The notes under the pieces are model-generated. The model saw only the letters and a list, made by a program, of their open reading frames with translations, was not told where the DNA came from and ran no database searches. DNA of 64,000 bases from Chrysomallon squamiferum (Eukaryota; Animalia; Mollusca). This document shows, piece by piece, positions 14,273-28,020 of this stretch (the first letter of the stretch is position 1; each line of letters begins with the position of its first letter). The stretch is taken from the NCBI GenBank assembly GCA_012295275.1, contig CM022665.1:42718001-42782000 (forward strand), given 5' to 3'. Made by a program: the position numbers and the translations under genes.

Positions 14273-17200
14273 CTGCCCATACACACAAAAACAAGCACAA
14301 TAAACCAGAATACCAAGAAAACATTGCTACGATTCTTTCATATACATTTCACAAAACAGAACTGAATACCACACAAAAGTCCATTAACAAATGCCAGTCT
14401 TGATTTTACTTCACAATTCTTCAATGCATAAAACTGCCATTATGTCATTTCTGTTATGTAGCCTATAATCCATGGTTACTAAGACCAAGTATAAGAAAAT
14501 ACTGGTCATATAATGAAATACTGTCATGTTGTATTATATCCTGACTATAGAATGTGGCTGAACATCAAAGCAGGTAATCAAAGTATGAAATATATATATA
14601 TTTCTGAATAAAACGTTAGCTTTGATCTAAAACAGAATAATAAAACCTTATTCTTCTCATAACTTCTGGTTTTTCATTTACTGAATTTATAAAAAGATTT
14701 CATTACTCTATTTTAGACAAGAGCTTTTTATTATTATTATTATTTTAAAGTGTTGTAAAATTGTACAGAATTAAAAAAAAAATAAATAAATAAATAAATA
14801 AAACATTACATAAAAAGAAAATAAATAAATAATAACAAAAAAGTAATAAATTAAAATTTACAAAAAAAAAGAAATAAAAAAGAGGAATAATAAATTATGA
14901 AATGCTATCTTCTCTTTAATGTACATTAAACTTTAAAATGGGCAATAAAAAATGAAATAAATGTAATTTTTGAAACCTATGGAATGTAAAATTTATTTTG
15001 TAGAAATACTTCTGAAAAAAAAATAAAAAAAAAAAAAAAATAATAATAAAATAATAATAAATATATGTAATAACAACAACAACAATAAAATAAAATAAAA
15101 TAAAAAATAAATAAAAATAAAATGCCAATCATTGTAATCAGTATTTTTTGATATGAGAGACAATCTTAAAAGTTATAGCTGAATTGTCCAATATCATAAA
15201 ACCTATGTCAAAAAAGATTCACTATCAACAAACTGACACATACAGTAACTGTGAAGAGTCAATGAACCATGAACAAATTGTCTGTCCTTTCTTTTCCACA
15301 TTAAAAACAAGTCTTTTTATGCTTTATATTTCCTCACTGACCACATAGAGTTATGTATGTGCCAAAATACCTATTGACAACAGAAATACTGTCAAAGCCA
15401 TCTTGTTTCAAAATTGAATGTAAATCATTGGGTTCAAATCCTGTGACAGGTTCCTGCTTGCTCCAAGACTTGATATTAAATAATAAAAAACAAAACAAAA
15501 AACCCCAGTAATAATAACAATAAAAATAATAATAATAATAATAATAAATTTAATAATAATTTTTTCTAAGCTGTTTTTTTAATGTATAAAACTGTAATAA
15601 AAATAATTTGAACAATCTCTTGAATTTAAAAAAGAAAATTGGAAAGTGACATTTTACAAAATTTGAAGATAAAATTTCCACTTTATGAATTTAATGAAAT
15701 TTGTTAGGTTTCTTAGATAGCATTTTTACATTTTCTTTTACTTTTTATTTAATTATTTTTTTAAATATAGAGGTAAAAAAAATAGATTCAGGATATTAAA
15801 CAAGCTGTGATTGCTAACAGCAGTAAAATTATTGCTTTTTATGCTTTCCATCAACTTTATAACAAATTCAATATAAATTATTAAGTATCTAATCTTGTTC
15901 TTATAAACTTCAGTTACTGAAGAATATTACCAAAATTAATAATACATTTTTTCCATTATATAAACTTATTTTAAATATAAATTTATACGACAAATCCTTA
16001 TGACACATGATTAAATTTTCTATATGTAATGCGAGAAAAAATACTTAGATTTAAAAAAAAAATAATATGATCTTAACACTATGAAACTAATGTAAAACAA
16101 AAGCAATAATTCCAGTAATAATATTAATAATAATAATAATAATAAATAAATTGATTAATTAATAAATAAATTCATCCATTAATTAAGTAACCCTAAGACT
16201 TACTATCTTCACAAAAACTAGATAATTTTTAAGGGCTTGGTTCAGGTATACCTATAAATACCCCCACCACATTTTCATAACAGATTTTGCAAAGAAGTTT
16301 TTGGCCACATTTTTGGGAGGGATTATGAAAAAAAAAAAAAAGTTTCATTAAAGTACTGGTGTCAGTCTTCAACCCCTTACTACAAATTCTTAGACTTACA
16401 AAGCTTCACATAATCCCACTCCATCTCTTCCAGGAAATGTTAAAATCATCAAACGTCTTCGCAGTCATTACTGGATTCTTTATTTCTTCACTTAACAAAG
16501 CATTCAATAACAACACTTAACCATACATTTTGCATATTTAAAAAAAATCATGTCTTGGCAAATAAAGACTCAAAAAAAAAAAAAAAAGAAAGAAAGAAAG
16601 AAAGAAAAGAAAAGAAAAGAAAAGAAAAGAAAGAAAAGAAAAAGAAAAAAAGAAAAGAAAATGACGTAATATGTTATGCCACTACTTAAAGACAAATCTG
16701 TTTTTAATCCTGACGAGAACGTCAGTGAAAAAGCTCTTGGCAAATTTGTTGATAAAAATGGTGCAGTGTTTATTCCAGTGCCCAAATTGAGTAATTTTGT
16801 AGCAGCTTGAGTGATCGATAAGTCTGTGTCCTAAACTAGGAGACGAAGAGAAGGGAAGAGAGGGGAAGAGACATCAGAATTTGACAGCATACAGCATGGA
16901 GGCTGGAGATTAGAAATCTCAAACAGGAAATCGATAATTGTAAGCAGGAACTTTTAGACTTAATTAAATCACTTCTTTTTGGATGCCTAAAGACTGTGCC
17001 ATTTTGTACCAAACAGAGCATGTGATTGGTTGAATGGAATTAGTGTTGTTTTGTAGAAGCAGCAAGTGACAAAAAAATAATAATAAAAAAAAAAAAAATT
17101 GAAGCAATATTGTTAATATAGTTATTAAAAACAACAAAGCAGAATTATTATTATTAATATCATTGTTTTGAGGGGGGAATTTAAAAATAAAAGAATGCAA

Positions 17201-18424
17201 TTATTATTATTATTACTTCTTTTTTAACATCTGCTGTTTTTGTCATAACATTGCTTCTTTATAAATTTATTTAATCTGAGGTGACATGAAGTGCCCAATA
17301 AATCCCAGATTTTGGAAAAATACTAAAAAAATCAGTGGCCTTACCATTCAAATGTTATTTTCAGCCATTCAAACCAAAAACGAAATGATTACAGTTATCA
17401 AATGGGCTATTTTTTCTGATCTTTATAAATACGATTATTAAATAAAATTCCAAGATGATTCTGTTAGACTCTGGTCATGTCTGATTGGTTAATGCTACAA
17501 ATTTAGTCAATTTACTGAATCCAGAATCACTTTGTAGAAATGGTCTTTGAAATCTGTTTTGAAACATCATACAACTTTGAAATTTGTAGTTATATACTGT
17601 CACCATTTTTAAAATCATCTTCTCTGTTTTCTGAAATATTCACACTCAAGCCACACTGTAGTCTGTTTGTTTATTTTACACACTTCACTACATTTTAAAT
17701 AAAATGATTTCTGCTGATAGCTGTCATTTAGTATTTTCTTGTACTGTTACTGGAGACCTCCCAGACAAATTTTCTCTAACTACAGCTATTCAGACAAAGA
17801 CAGTTTGTCATAATGGCCATCAGACACAATTGTTATCTTTCTTCAGTACTAAACTGAGCAGTTTCCAGCTCATAAAGACATTATTTGCTTTCACTCTCGA
17901 TCACATGCAACTCAGCTATAATTCTGTCTGTTATTTTATTTTTTTATGAGTAATAAAAATTATTGTTGACCTTTAATTCTTTTTAATCACACATTCAATT
18001 ATTTTTATTGTTGTCATCTTGTTTTAGATGACATTTGTGCACACTATCTTGAAAGCTACACAATTATAAATAATAAAATTAATAAAAGTTATTAATTTAT
18101 GTCAGTGTTACTGTTTTAACTATTGTTACTATTAACAAATTCAAAAATACCATATCTTTAATTACTGCTAAATTTTTTATCATTTCATTATTATTATTAT
18201 TATTGTTATTTTTATTAATTAAGTAATTTTTTTATTACTTTTATTTATTTTTATCATATAATGCTGTAATAATAGCAGCATGTACTTTCTTCAAATGTTT
18301 CCACCATCATTAATGTACCTTTCAAAATTCTCTGTCACAGAGTACTATGAATAATTAATTGCAATTCTAGATCATTAAATAATAGTCCACTCATTTAAAA
18401 CACATGGCATGCAATCAAATGTTA

Positions 18425-18562
<138 letters not shown>

Positions 18563-19159
18563 GTGTCTGTCCATCTTATCCCTGTTTTCTATCTCCGAAT
18601 CACTCTCTCTTGCTCTGTTTCTATCTCTGTGTGTCTTTCTCTCTCACAACTGAGATCTGTGGGGAATTATTGATGCTACAAAACAAGGTATGAATATCAA
18701 GAGCACAGATTTAATTTACAGACAGGCATACAGACAGATATGTAAACCTCTTTTGGGGTTTGTGAGAATTAAACAGAAAATGAGTTCTTCTCAAATTATT
18801 AATAATTCTTCTGAAATTCCAGTTCTGATCATCCATACTTCTAAAGGAAAATAATTACACATTCAAAGGTCAAGATGAGTTATGAGATTTACTGGATCAA
18901 GTTCTCAAAGGGGAATTAGATTTTTATTTGATTAAAATCAGAAACGATAAATAATTCTTACATTATTAATTTACAAATTCTTAGTTGCAGCTTGCACCAT
19001 TTCCATAAGCAAACACTTATGTTTAGTTTTCCCATAATTAGTGTCTTCAGGGGAAATACTTTCTCATGTTCTTTAATATGGGAAATTTAATTAAAGCAAA
19101 ATACCATTTGACATTTTAATATTTTTAAAATACACAGCTTTCCTCATTAAATAGAGTGT

Positions 19160-19960
19160 ATCTGGTTCCAATCTTTTCACAGAAAATATTATTAATTCAG
19201 AATTTTCTAATAAACTATTTAAAATCTGTATATATGCAAGACTTTAAATTTTTTCAAAACTATCATTCCAGGTCCTTTAGAAAAAACCAATCATTTGCTG
19301 TCTAAAAACCTGAAATCTTCATTTCAAAACAGATTACAGGATGTCTGGTTCCAGTCCCCACTTACAGGAAATTATTAATTTATTAACAGGACTTAAAAAT
19401 TTGCTTAAGTATGGTTTGATGTTTCCAGTTTTATTAGGAAAATGTTGGTTATTTTCTGTTAATTACCTAAACCATTTACTTCACAATGGAGTGCCAGGTT
19501 CCACCCTGATTAGAGGAAATTGGTCATCTGCTGTCCAGTCATTTAAAACATTCAGTTCACTGGTTCCAGTCTCTTAAAAGGAATATCGATTATCTGCTAT
19601 CAAAAATATAAACCATTCATTTGAGCACAGACTACAAAATACCAGGTTACCAGACCCCTTAAAGCAAGGTGGTTATTAGTCATGTGAAACATTCAGTTCA
19701 CTTGTTCCAGTCTCACAGAAGGAATGTTGATCATTTGTTATCAGACATACAAACTATTCAGAACATACTACAAGATGTCAGGTTTCACGCACCTTGGAAG
19801 AAACTAGATTTTGGCTTTTCAATGATGTAAAACATTAATTTCACTGGTTCTAACCCTTTAAGTTGAAGTTTGGTCATGTGCTATCGTATGGATAAACTGT
19901 TTACCTGCTTCCAGACCCATCAGAGGAACACAATCAGCAGCTATCTAATCATGTACTATG
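19160..19960. repeat. Old degenerate tandem array
   Basis: Recurring ctggttccag(t/a)c(c/t)c...aggaa...gtcat.tgct.tc...aaac.attca units, about 10 copies. Confidence 0.65.
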
Positions 19961-20274
19961 TTCACTTCATGGATGCCAACATCATAAAAACAAGGCTCAC
20001 CACTTTCTGTTTATAAATAAACAAAGTCCTGGAGATGATTAATAATTGCATAATATTTTTTGTAAAATTTATGTTTTTGTACCCTTCCCTCCCTTCAAAT
20101 GGGTCTATAAAACTAGTGAGGCTACAATTTGAGATGGCTACCAGTCCCAAGTCATTCCTGGGATGACAGCCAAACCAGACCTGCAATCAAACCCTGAATA
20201 CTTGGGGTAGTGTGACATCAGTTTTCAAGGCCTTTTTTGAAAATTATCTTGTGGAATATTAAGAAGATGCTTAC

Positions 20275-20400
20275 CGTTTCCACAGCAGACAATCGGTTTG
20301 CTGCAGTCTTCATCTTCCATCTGGTCATCTGTCTCCATGTCCTGTCTCAGCTTTGTGTCCTGTCCCATCTCCAGACATCTCTGATTTTTGTATTCGATGT
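20275..20400 (-). CDS. Coding exon, acidic linker upstream of PAS-A
   Basis: Acceptor tatttacttttttcag, donor ACG|gtaagc, 126 nt, symmetric phase 1-1, open frame (D)IEYKNQRCLEMGQDTKLRQDMETDDQMEDEDCSKPIVCCGN(G). Joins in frame to 3265 (G+GC = Gly). Clearly higher GC than its flanks. Confidence 0.75.
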
Positions 20401-20623
20401 CTGAAAAAAGTAAATATATCAACTTAATATGTTGTTCTAGCATACAATTTTAATCTGTATTTCAAAAAATGATTAGTATGCCAATGCTGGGTTTTTTGGT
20501 GGTAAAATGATTTTTGATATTCATTATTCAATGGGTAGATTTCAACTGAAATAAAATTAAATGAAAAAAAAAATATATATGGAAGGAGTAAAATGAAAGA
20601 TGAACAATATCCACAAAACAAAA

Positions 20624-20822
20624 CAAACAAACACAACTTAAAAACATTTTCAAACAAACACAACTTAAAAACATTTTCAAACAAACACAACTTAAAAACA
20701 TTTGCAAACAAACACAACTTAAAAACATTTTCAAACAAACACAACTTTAAAAACATTTTCAAACAAACACAACTTAAAAACATTTTCAAACAAACACAAC
20801 TTAAAAACATTTTCAAACAAAC
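20624..20822. repeat. Minisatellite, 27-bp unit, about 7 copies
   Basis: Unit aaacaaacacaacttaaaaacattttc, about 220 bp upstream of the acceptor of exon 20275-20400. Confidence 0.93.
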
Positions 20823-22864
20823 ATTAACTCATTCACGTTTATGGATTACACATTCAAACACATACAAAGAAAAAACACAAAAACAACTTTGACACAATAA
20901 ATACAGACACTATCAGTAAATTAACAGCAAACAACATCTTTAGAATTATCCCAGAAATGACTGCTATGCAAATTACTGAAACAGTGAGATATCATGAAAA
21001 AAAAAACATTCTTTTTAACTTCTTTTTTTTTTGCACCTCATTGTTTCCAATTCTTTTCTTAATGTTTTTTAAATGAACATCATCAGAAGGTCATTTTCAC
21101 TACATAAATTAAATTATCTGACTTGAAAAAAAAAAAAAAAAAAAATGATAAGAAAACAAAGAAGAAAACAAAGAAGAAACATCGATCAGAAAGAGAAACT
21201 GTAGTTGTTAATAAAGTCTAAGTGTTTCTGTAACGTGCTGTGACAAGAAATTATTTCATAGAGACTTAGAACTCAGCCCACTGCCAAGTCTCAGCTTTCC
21301 CAGTGTAACCAAGTGTGAAGACCAAAGTTATAAAACACAATTAAACATTCTTTTATTTCACTTAACTAGGTGCACATAATAAAATGGAATGCAGATCTGT
21401 TTTTGATCAGGTTTCTGGGGTTGTTGTTCTTTTTCCCGGTGATGTTGAATTTGTATTTAATTATACACAGACATGCACAAGTCTCTATTCTCTACATGCT
21501 TGTTTGTATTCTTACGTCATATTCAGATTATCCATACAACATCAAAGACCAGAAATCATCATTTTTGTTCTGCTTTTCTTTCTTTCTTTTTTTAAATGTT
21601 TGTTTAAATAATAAACATCATAAAAACAATTTGCTTTTATTTTGCTTAACTTTAATTTTCATTTCATTTACCCTTGATAAACATTCTGCAGGAAAACATT
21701 AAATATTAGTGTTATTATCAGTAACTGTTATTAAATATAATGTTATTATTGTGACAGAAAACATTATCATACCAAGGTGAATGACATTAAAATAAAGAAA
21801 GAAAAAATAATAATAATAATAATCTACATTGTTAAGTTAAACACAGGGTCAAGTATGTGCTATTAAGATTTAATCCTGAATTGTTAACTTCTAATTAATG
21901 TTGATAAAAACAAAAATAATAATCATGATAAAAATCATGAGATGAATACAAAGATGATGATGATGTAATTACAGTGTTATTAGCAAGAGAGACTACATCT
22001 GTTAGCAATCTCTGAAATTTGCACAGCTATTGTGATATGACACTGGACAAAATTGTATGTGTATGTATACGTGTATGAGTGTGTGTGTGTGTGTGTGTGT
22101 GTGTGTTTCTCTGTGTGAGTATGAGACTGTGAGTCTGTATGTATGTTTGTGTTACCTCCTGAGATACAGAGATCATGATCTTGACTGAACCAAAGTACAT
22201 GACTGATAATGAGCAAGTTTATGTTATCATTACAAACTTTTCTTGTGTCATGTCATACATTTTCTTTTTATTTAATCTCAAGTGCAGTATAAAGAAAATT
22301 AAGAACATAAAAAAGATAGATAAAAGAAGAAGAAAAACATTTCTCTCTGTCTGTCTGTCTAAGAGTGGGAGAATGTGAGAGTGAGGCAGATAGAGACAGA
22401 AGTAATTTCGCAACAACATCAACTTTAATTAACATTTTTTATTTTCATATTTGTATCTTCGTCAAATCTGGTCAGGTATGTTTACCTGCAGAGAATCAAC
22501 ATCAAAGGCACTGGATCCAGATAAGAGAAGATCAAAGAAACTGAACATTTTCATAATTAGCAGATCTTTGTAAACAGAGTTTTAGAAACACACCAATTTA
22601 CTTAACTGACTTATCAAACACATCCATCTTTGCCACCAAGTTTGCTGTAACTAAATTAAAATGAAACGGATAAATATTTAAGACTGCTTACATTTTTGTC
22701 ATATCTCACTGTTTTGATAATTTTCATAGCAGTCATTATATTTGGAAGCTATTAAGTCTAGCAAATGGAAGATTTGTAGTGATAGGGTCAGGGTGAAGAA
22801 AGCTGCAGTTATTTTATGTAATATATTAACAGATTAGCATCAGTAAGGAATTAGTTACACATAC

Positions 22865-23010
22865 TCTACTGTCTAAGTGTTACCACAGGAAGGAAAGCAC
22901 AAATCGTGGCCTTTGGTAAGTGTGTTGTGGATAGGAAAAACAGTAGGAGGAGTACTGATCCTGTGATCTCTCATAGCTCAGACTTACTGCTTTACCACTG
23001 ACCTAGAGAC
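22865..23010 (-). mobile_element. Decayed SINE fragment
   Basis: acaggaaggaaagcaca...ggcctttg...gatcctgtgatctc...ctttaccactgacctag is the reverse orientation of the same SINE head and body. Confidence 0.45.
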
Positions 23011-23767
23011 TGATTTCAACAGAATGGATGAGAACCAAAAAGAAACAAGAAATAAGTTAGGACCATGGAGTGATAAGATTCATTCAAATGTCTCAGTGGT
23101 CCAGCCCAAGTCAATATCATTGAACTCCAGCCATGGACAGCTTTGTGACTACATGATTCAAATTTGTATGTATTTCAAAAACTTCAATATCAATAATCTT
23201 AAAAATTAACTTTCTGTGGTTTAGACAGTGGTGGTTCCAAGTGTCTTACATTATTAAAGCAACAAATGTACCAACAAATGTTTGAAAAAGGTTTGAATGT
23301 TGAATAAACACATGAACAGACACATGACTTAATCAAGTGAATAAGTATTCAATAAAATATCTAAATTACTATTCTTCTGGTAATAAATAAGGCAGCTGAA
23401 ACTATTGATCAAGACCAATGCAGAACAGTGTAACAATTTGATTGGCAAACACAGGTCTAGACCCAAAGTCTTGGCTCTAACCTTCAATTTGTCTCAAATC
23501 AGAACAATTAGAACTGAAAGACTGAAAGTCTGTGATAAATTCTAAAAAGACACAGAGGAGTCCAGAAATTAGCCTTAATCTTGTTAATTTGTCTGGCAGC
23601 TCAACAGAAATATTTAGAATCTTGACATTAAAATCCAAATATCAATGCTATCAAAGTAAATCACAAAGGTGAAAAGACAAACATAAATATAGACTCAAAA
23701 TCTGCAACAACTTTTTCAAAGGACAAACAAATTTCTACTCAAAATCTGAAATCATTTCTTAAAAGGA

Positions 23768-23885
23768 CCAAAGTCTTTAATTCAGACTCAAAATCTCAGT
23801 CTTAACCAAAGTTTTCAATTCAGACTCGAAATCTCAGTCTTAACCAAAGTTTTCAATTCAGACTCGAAATCTCAGTCTTAACCAA
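23768..23885. repeat. 38-bp tandem repeat, 3 copies
   Basis: Unit aaagttttcaattcagactcgaaatctcagtcttaacc. Confidence 0.9.
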
Positions 23886-24006
23886 TAACCTTGTCTGAAA
23901 ACAACTCAGCATTTAGAAACACGACACTCAAATGTGAAATCAATTTCAGCTCAATCCCTTTTTTTTTGTTATGCAAGACTTTCGCCAGATTTTCTTTTAT
24001 CATTAC

Positions 24007-24024
24007 CCACATTTGGCGTCATCT
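24007..24024 (-). CDS. Candidate 18-nt microexon of the PAS gene
   Basis: Minus strand reads ggttttctcctattattctcctacag|AGATGACGCCAAATGTGG|gtaatg. Phase 1-1, so inclusion would insert EMTPNV in frame. Donor is only moderate. Confidence 0.25.
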
Positions 24025-27000
24025 CTGTAGGAGAATAATAGGAGAAAACCAAGGAGCAGCCAGCCTGCCACACTGGCACATTTCCTGATTAGATCTGTCA
24101 GTCAGACAGATTCCTTGCTATAAATGATGAATTACTGTCGATGCTGGCTCAATTTTCTAACTGGCAGAGATCTTCAATCTTCTACCATTGCTCGAAAACA
24201 CCAATTAGTACCATCCAGTAATCATGGTGGAATCCTGTGATATGATAATCCAAGAGGACTGTGGTTCTGATGTGTTCAGATATAAAAGAAATAAGAAAAT
24301 GAATAAAAAAATCAAGAAATGTGTAAAGTAAACAGAGTTAAATGTGGTGGATTTTGCTAGGAAAGCCTGGGCAAAAGGAGAAAATAAGTCGATGATAGAA
24401 TAAATTAAATTTATAATAGGATAAATTAAGTTTATGATATGATGAATTAATTTTATGATATGATGAAATAAGTTTATATGATGAATTAACTTGATTGTAG
24501 GATCAATTAGTAGGAAAGAGTTTGAGAACTGGAAAAAATAACTTGATATTTATTAACAGGATGAAATAAATTTAACAATAAAGTAAAATATCTTTTACAT
24601 AATATAAAACAATTTGATAAATGTGTGAATGAAGGATTGATGAATGACAAAGAGAACACCGACTGTTATCTATCAACATCTTGGTAAATATATAAAACAG
24701 AGACAAGTCATCACTCAGAAAATATTACACAGAGAAATGTGATTGTATTCAAGTATCATTATCAGTCCAAAGTTTCTAAATTCTGAGCATCAATTTTAAA
24801 TGTGTGCTCAATCTTTCAGAATGAAAATTATTTCTTAAAATATTTTATTACTCAAAGAAACACATGCCTGAATTTTAAAGTATGATCAAAACAAATGAAA
24901 GCCCAAATGAACTTAATTAAGAAATAAATTAAAAAATACTGGGATCCAATTTGCACTAGTCCAGGTTATGATTAAATCTAACAATTTTTGTTATTAAAAA
25001 TTTATCACAAGAGATAAAGTTCAATATCCTGACAAATAATGTTCTGTCAAAAAAGACACACTGGGGATTAATCCGCTAATTACTGAAAGTGTGACCAGCT
25101 GCAGACCAGGAATAAAACTGACCACCTGTCAACTGACCACTGTGTTCTGTGACATCAACCTGCTGTGCAATGCAATAACATGCACCATGCAGTCCTGCAC
25201 ATATTTCCTGTTCAGACAGCCTCAGAGGTAATCAAATTATTCAAAACAGCACTTTCAATTCACGACTTGAAAGATTTCATGGAAATGTCAAATTTAATTC
25301 TGAATGCCTTCCATTGGGGAAATAACAGGATTAAGGTAGTAACAAAAAGGAAAATAACAACTTCAGTAACAGAATCAATAATAAAATGACAATATTTTAT
25401 TTTCAGATCTTTTTCAGGTTTCAGAAAATGGGGGAAAAAATTTCAAACACCAGCTTCTAAATGAACCTTCATTTTTCCACTATGAAATTTATAGACAGAA
25501 TCTAAGCAGATAATAACAGAATAACTAAACCAGACAATGAAGAAAAAGAAAAAAACTGAAAAACAAATTCTATTATATACTGACATACAAACAGGAACAT
25601 TATGCTGTATTAATCTTGAACTGATTACTTCAGTAATAAAAAACTAATCAACTAAACATCTTATCTTTTCACTCCAAGAACTTGTTTTTTTTCAACTACA
25701 AAAGATTTTATAGATTTTCATTTCACATTAATGTTCAGAATGGAAAACAACAATGACATTAAAACTCTGAATGGAAGACAAAGATTATAAAGGTAAGCTT
25801 GGTTTATAATCAATGTACTTAGAAAATGTACATACACCTGAAGATTTCTTGGCAACACAAGTGCACTCTTCACAGAAATAGGTACTTACAAATTTTACTG
25901 CATGTACTTATGTATTTACTACTGTTACCAATAATATTGTTATACTCTTCAAACACCACCACTATGACTGCTGCTACAACTACTGCTAATCTATTCTTAC
26001 AACTACTACTACTATTACTGCTTCTACTACCACTATTGCTGCTACAATTACACTAAAACCACCTACATTATGATTACAACTACTACTACTGCTACTTTTA
26101 CTATTACTACTGAAACAATTATTACTACTAAAATTATTACTGTTACCACTACTTTTATTATATATGGAATAATATGTAATCAGAAACTTGTAATATCTAC
26201 AGTAGTTGTGAATGTGGTATATTATCAGTAACTATCAGTTAAACATGGAAACAATGATACATTTACAGAAGCTATCACTAAATGCAATAATATATATATA
26301 AATCTGCATCAATAATAAACAACTGGTATTAGACTATTTACAATAACTACGACTGTGGTGGAATTATAAATCCAAGTCAGCAAATATAAAAACCAGATCA
26401 ATATAATTTTTTATTGTCTAGAGTTGACATCAATTGTTAACACAGTAATCTTTATTATATGTCAGATATTGATGGTAGGTATAGCAGACCTCGTGGCAGA
26501 TTTAATGAGAAAACATGTCCAGGCAGAGAAAAGTACTTCCCACCATTAATGACTGTTCTCCAGTCTTAATTAATCCAGAACAAAGAATGTGGAACAAAAT
26601 CAGCAATGTCCTTAAATTTAGCTGTTTACCTGTACCTCTAATTAAGCTGTTTATGTGTATTTGTACATATATTTATTGTATCTGTGTATGTATTTACGCT
26701 GATTATTGTTCTTCAGTTTTAATTAATTCAACCATGGAACAAAATCAGCAGCATTGTTAGCTCTTTATTAGTATGTGTATATGTGTTTAGATGGATTTAA
26801 TTTAAACCATTTAATGGTATTTTTATGTGGATTTATGTAACAACTGCCAAGAAATATTATGAAAAAAAAAAAAAAAAAAAAAAAATGTCTAGCTTCTAAA
26901 TTTAATGCATTAGAATAGATGATTTTGTTTTGATTCTGTTGATTATGCGAGCAAGATACAAAATATCCTTCATATGAGTTACTAAATCATATTTGTACTT

Positions 27001-27874
27001 TTATCAACTTAGAACGCGAGTAAATATCTTTTGCTTCAGTGAATAATCAATAATTACTGTTTTATCAAATTTGTCATGGATTCATAATTTCATTAAAAAA
27101 AACAGCAAAAGTATTTTATTTTAACGTCTAAATTTAATGCAGTCTATTCTTTTGGTTAGTCATATAAACAAAATGAGAAAAAGTATTTTGTTTTAACTAT
27201 TAAATTTAATGCAGTCTCTTCTTTTGTTGGCTGTGTAAAACAAAATGTCCTCTGTTTTGATTAATAAATCATATCTTTATATATAAAAAACTTTAGACTT
27301 GTGGATCCCCAAATGATCTGTGAAAGTAACAAGGTGAAAATATCTGTGCTACATCAGCAAACATTATTGATGTGTTTCTCATTATGGACAGAAAATCATG
27401 GAAAGAAAAAAAAAAAAAAAAAAAAAAAAAAGCTTCACTCTCTCTGACTACAGGTCTTTCCAGTTCAATATTGCTGGCTTTAGCATGCTTCAGTGAACAC
27501 AAAATGAACAGTTGTTGAACGTTCAATGATGTTTTTGGTCTGCCTTTCCCTGAAAGCTGATTCCAATAAAGAATCTTTTTTTATTTTTTTTATTTTAGAA
27601 GTTTGAATTCTGCTAAACACAATATAAGTGTTAGTATCATAACAAGAATTTTTATAAGTAGCTTTTAATCCCATCAATCAAAATTTTAAATGAAATAAAT
27701 TACGTTTTGTTTAGTTTCTGGACAAATATTGGACTTGAACAAATAACAAAACCCACATGCTGAGATCAAACTAATCCATTTTTGATAAGTTTTCCTTACA
27801 TCAATCAAATAAATGTTCAGTAAGAAAAGCAGAAATGGATATCAATCAGTCTGACTTGGAATATCAAATTAGCA

Positions 27875-28020
27875 TCGAGGGATCTTTTCATAGCACTGCC
27901 TTTCATACATTCACCAGTGGACATAATGGTTGGATTGGGAAATGGTTCAACATGTCTGCTCACGGGATTTGATCCTGCACTTCATCATATCTCTGGTGAA
28001 TGTTTTAATGGTTGAAGAAG
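27875..28020 (-). mobile_element. Decayed SINE fragment
   Basis: agggatcttttcat...gcctttcatac...accagt...ggttggattgggaaat...gggatttgatcct follows the reverse complement of the SINE body and B-box. Confidence 0.5.

Noticed and set aside
15430-15445. B-box GGTTCAAATCC suggesting a tRNA gene
   Set aside because: There is no cloverleaf or properly spaced A-box, so it is at most a SINE relic.
16677-16811. 44-aa + strand ORF MPLLKDKSVFNPDENVSEKALGK...
   Set aside because: It is short, antisense within an intron and has no recognisable homology, so chance is the likelier explanation.
22484-22538. Minus-strand pseudo-exon FFDLLLSGSSAFDVDSLQ with a CAG|gtaaac donor
   Set aside because: The acceptor is weak and phase 2-0 is incompatible with the flanking phase-1 exons.
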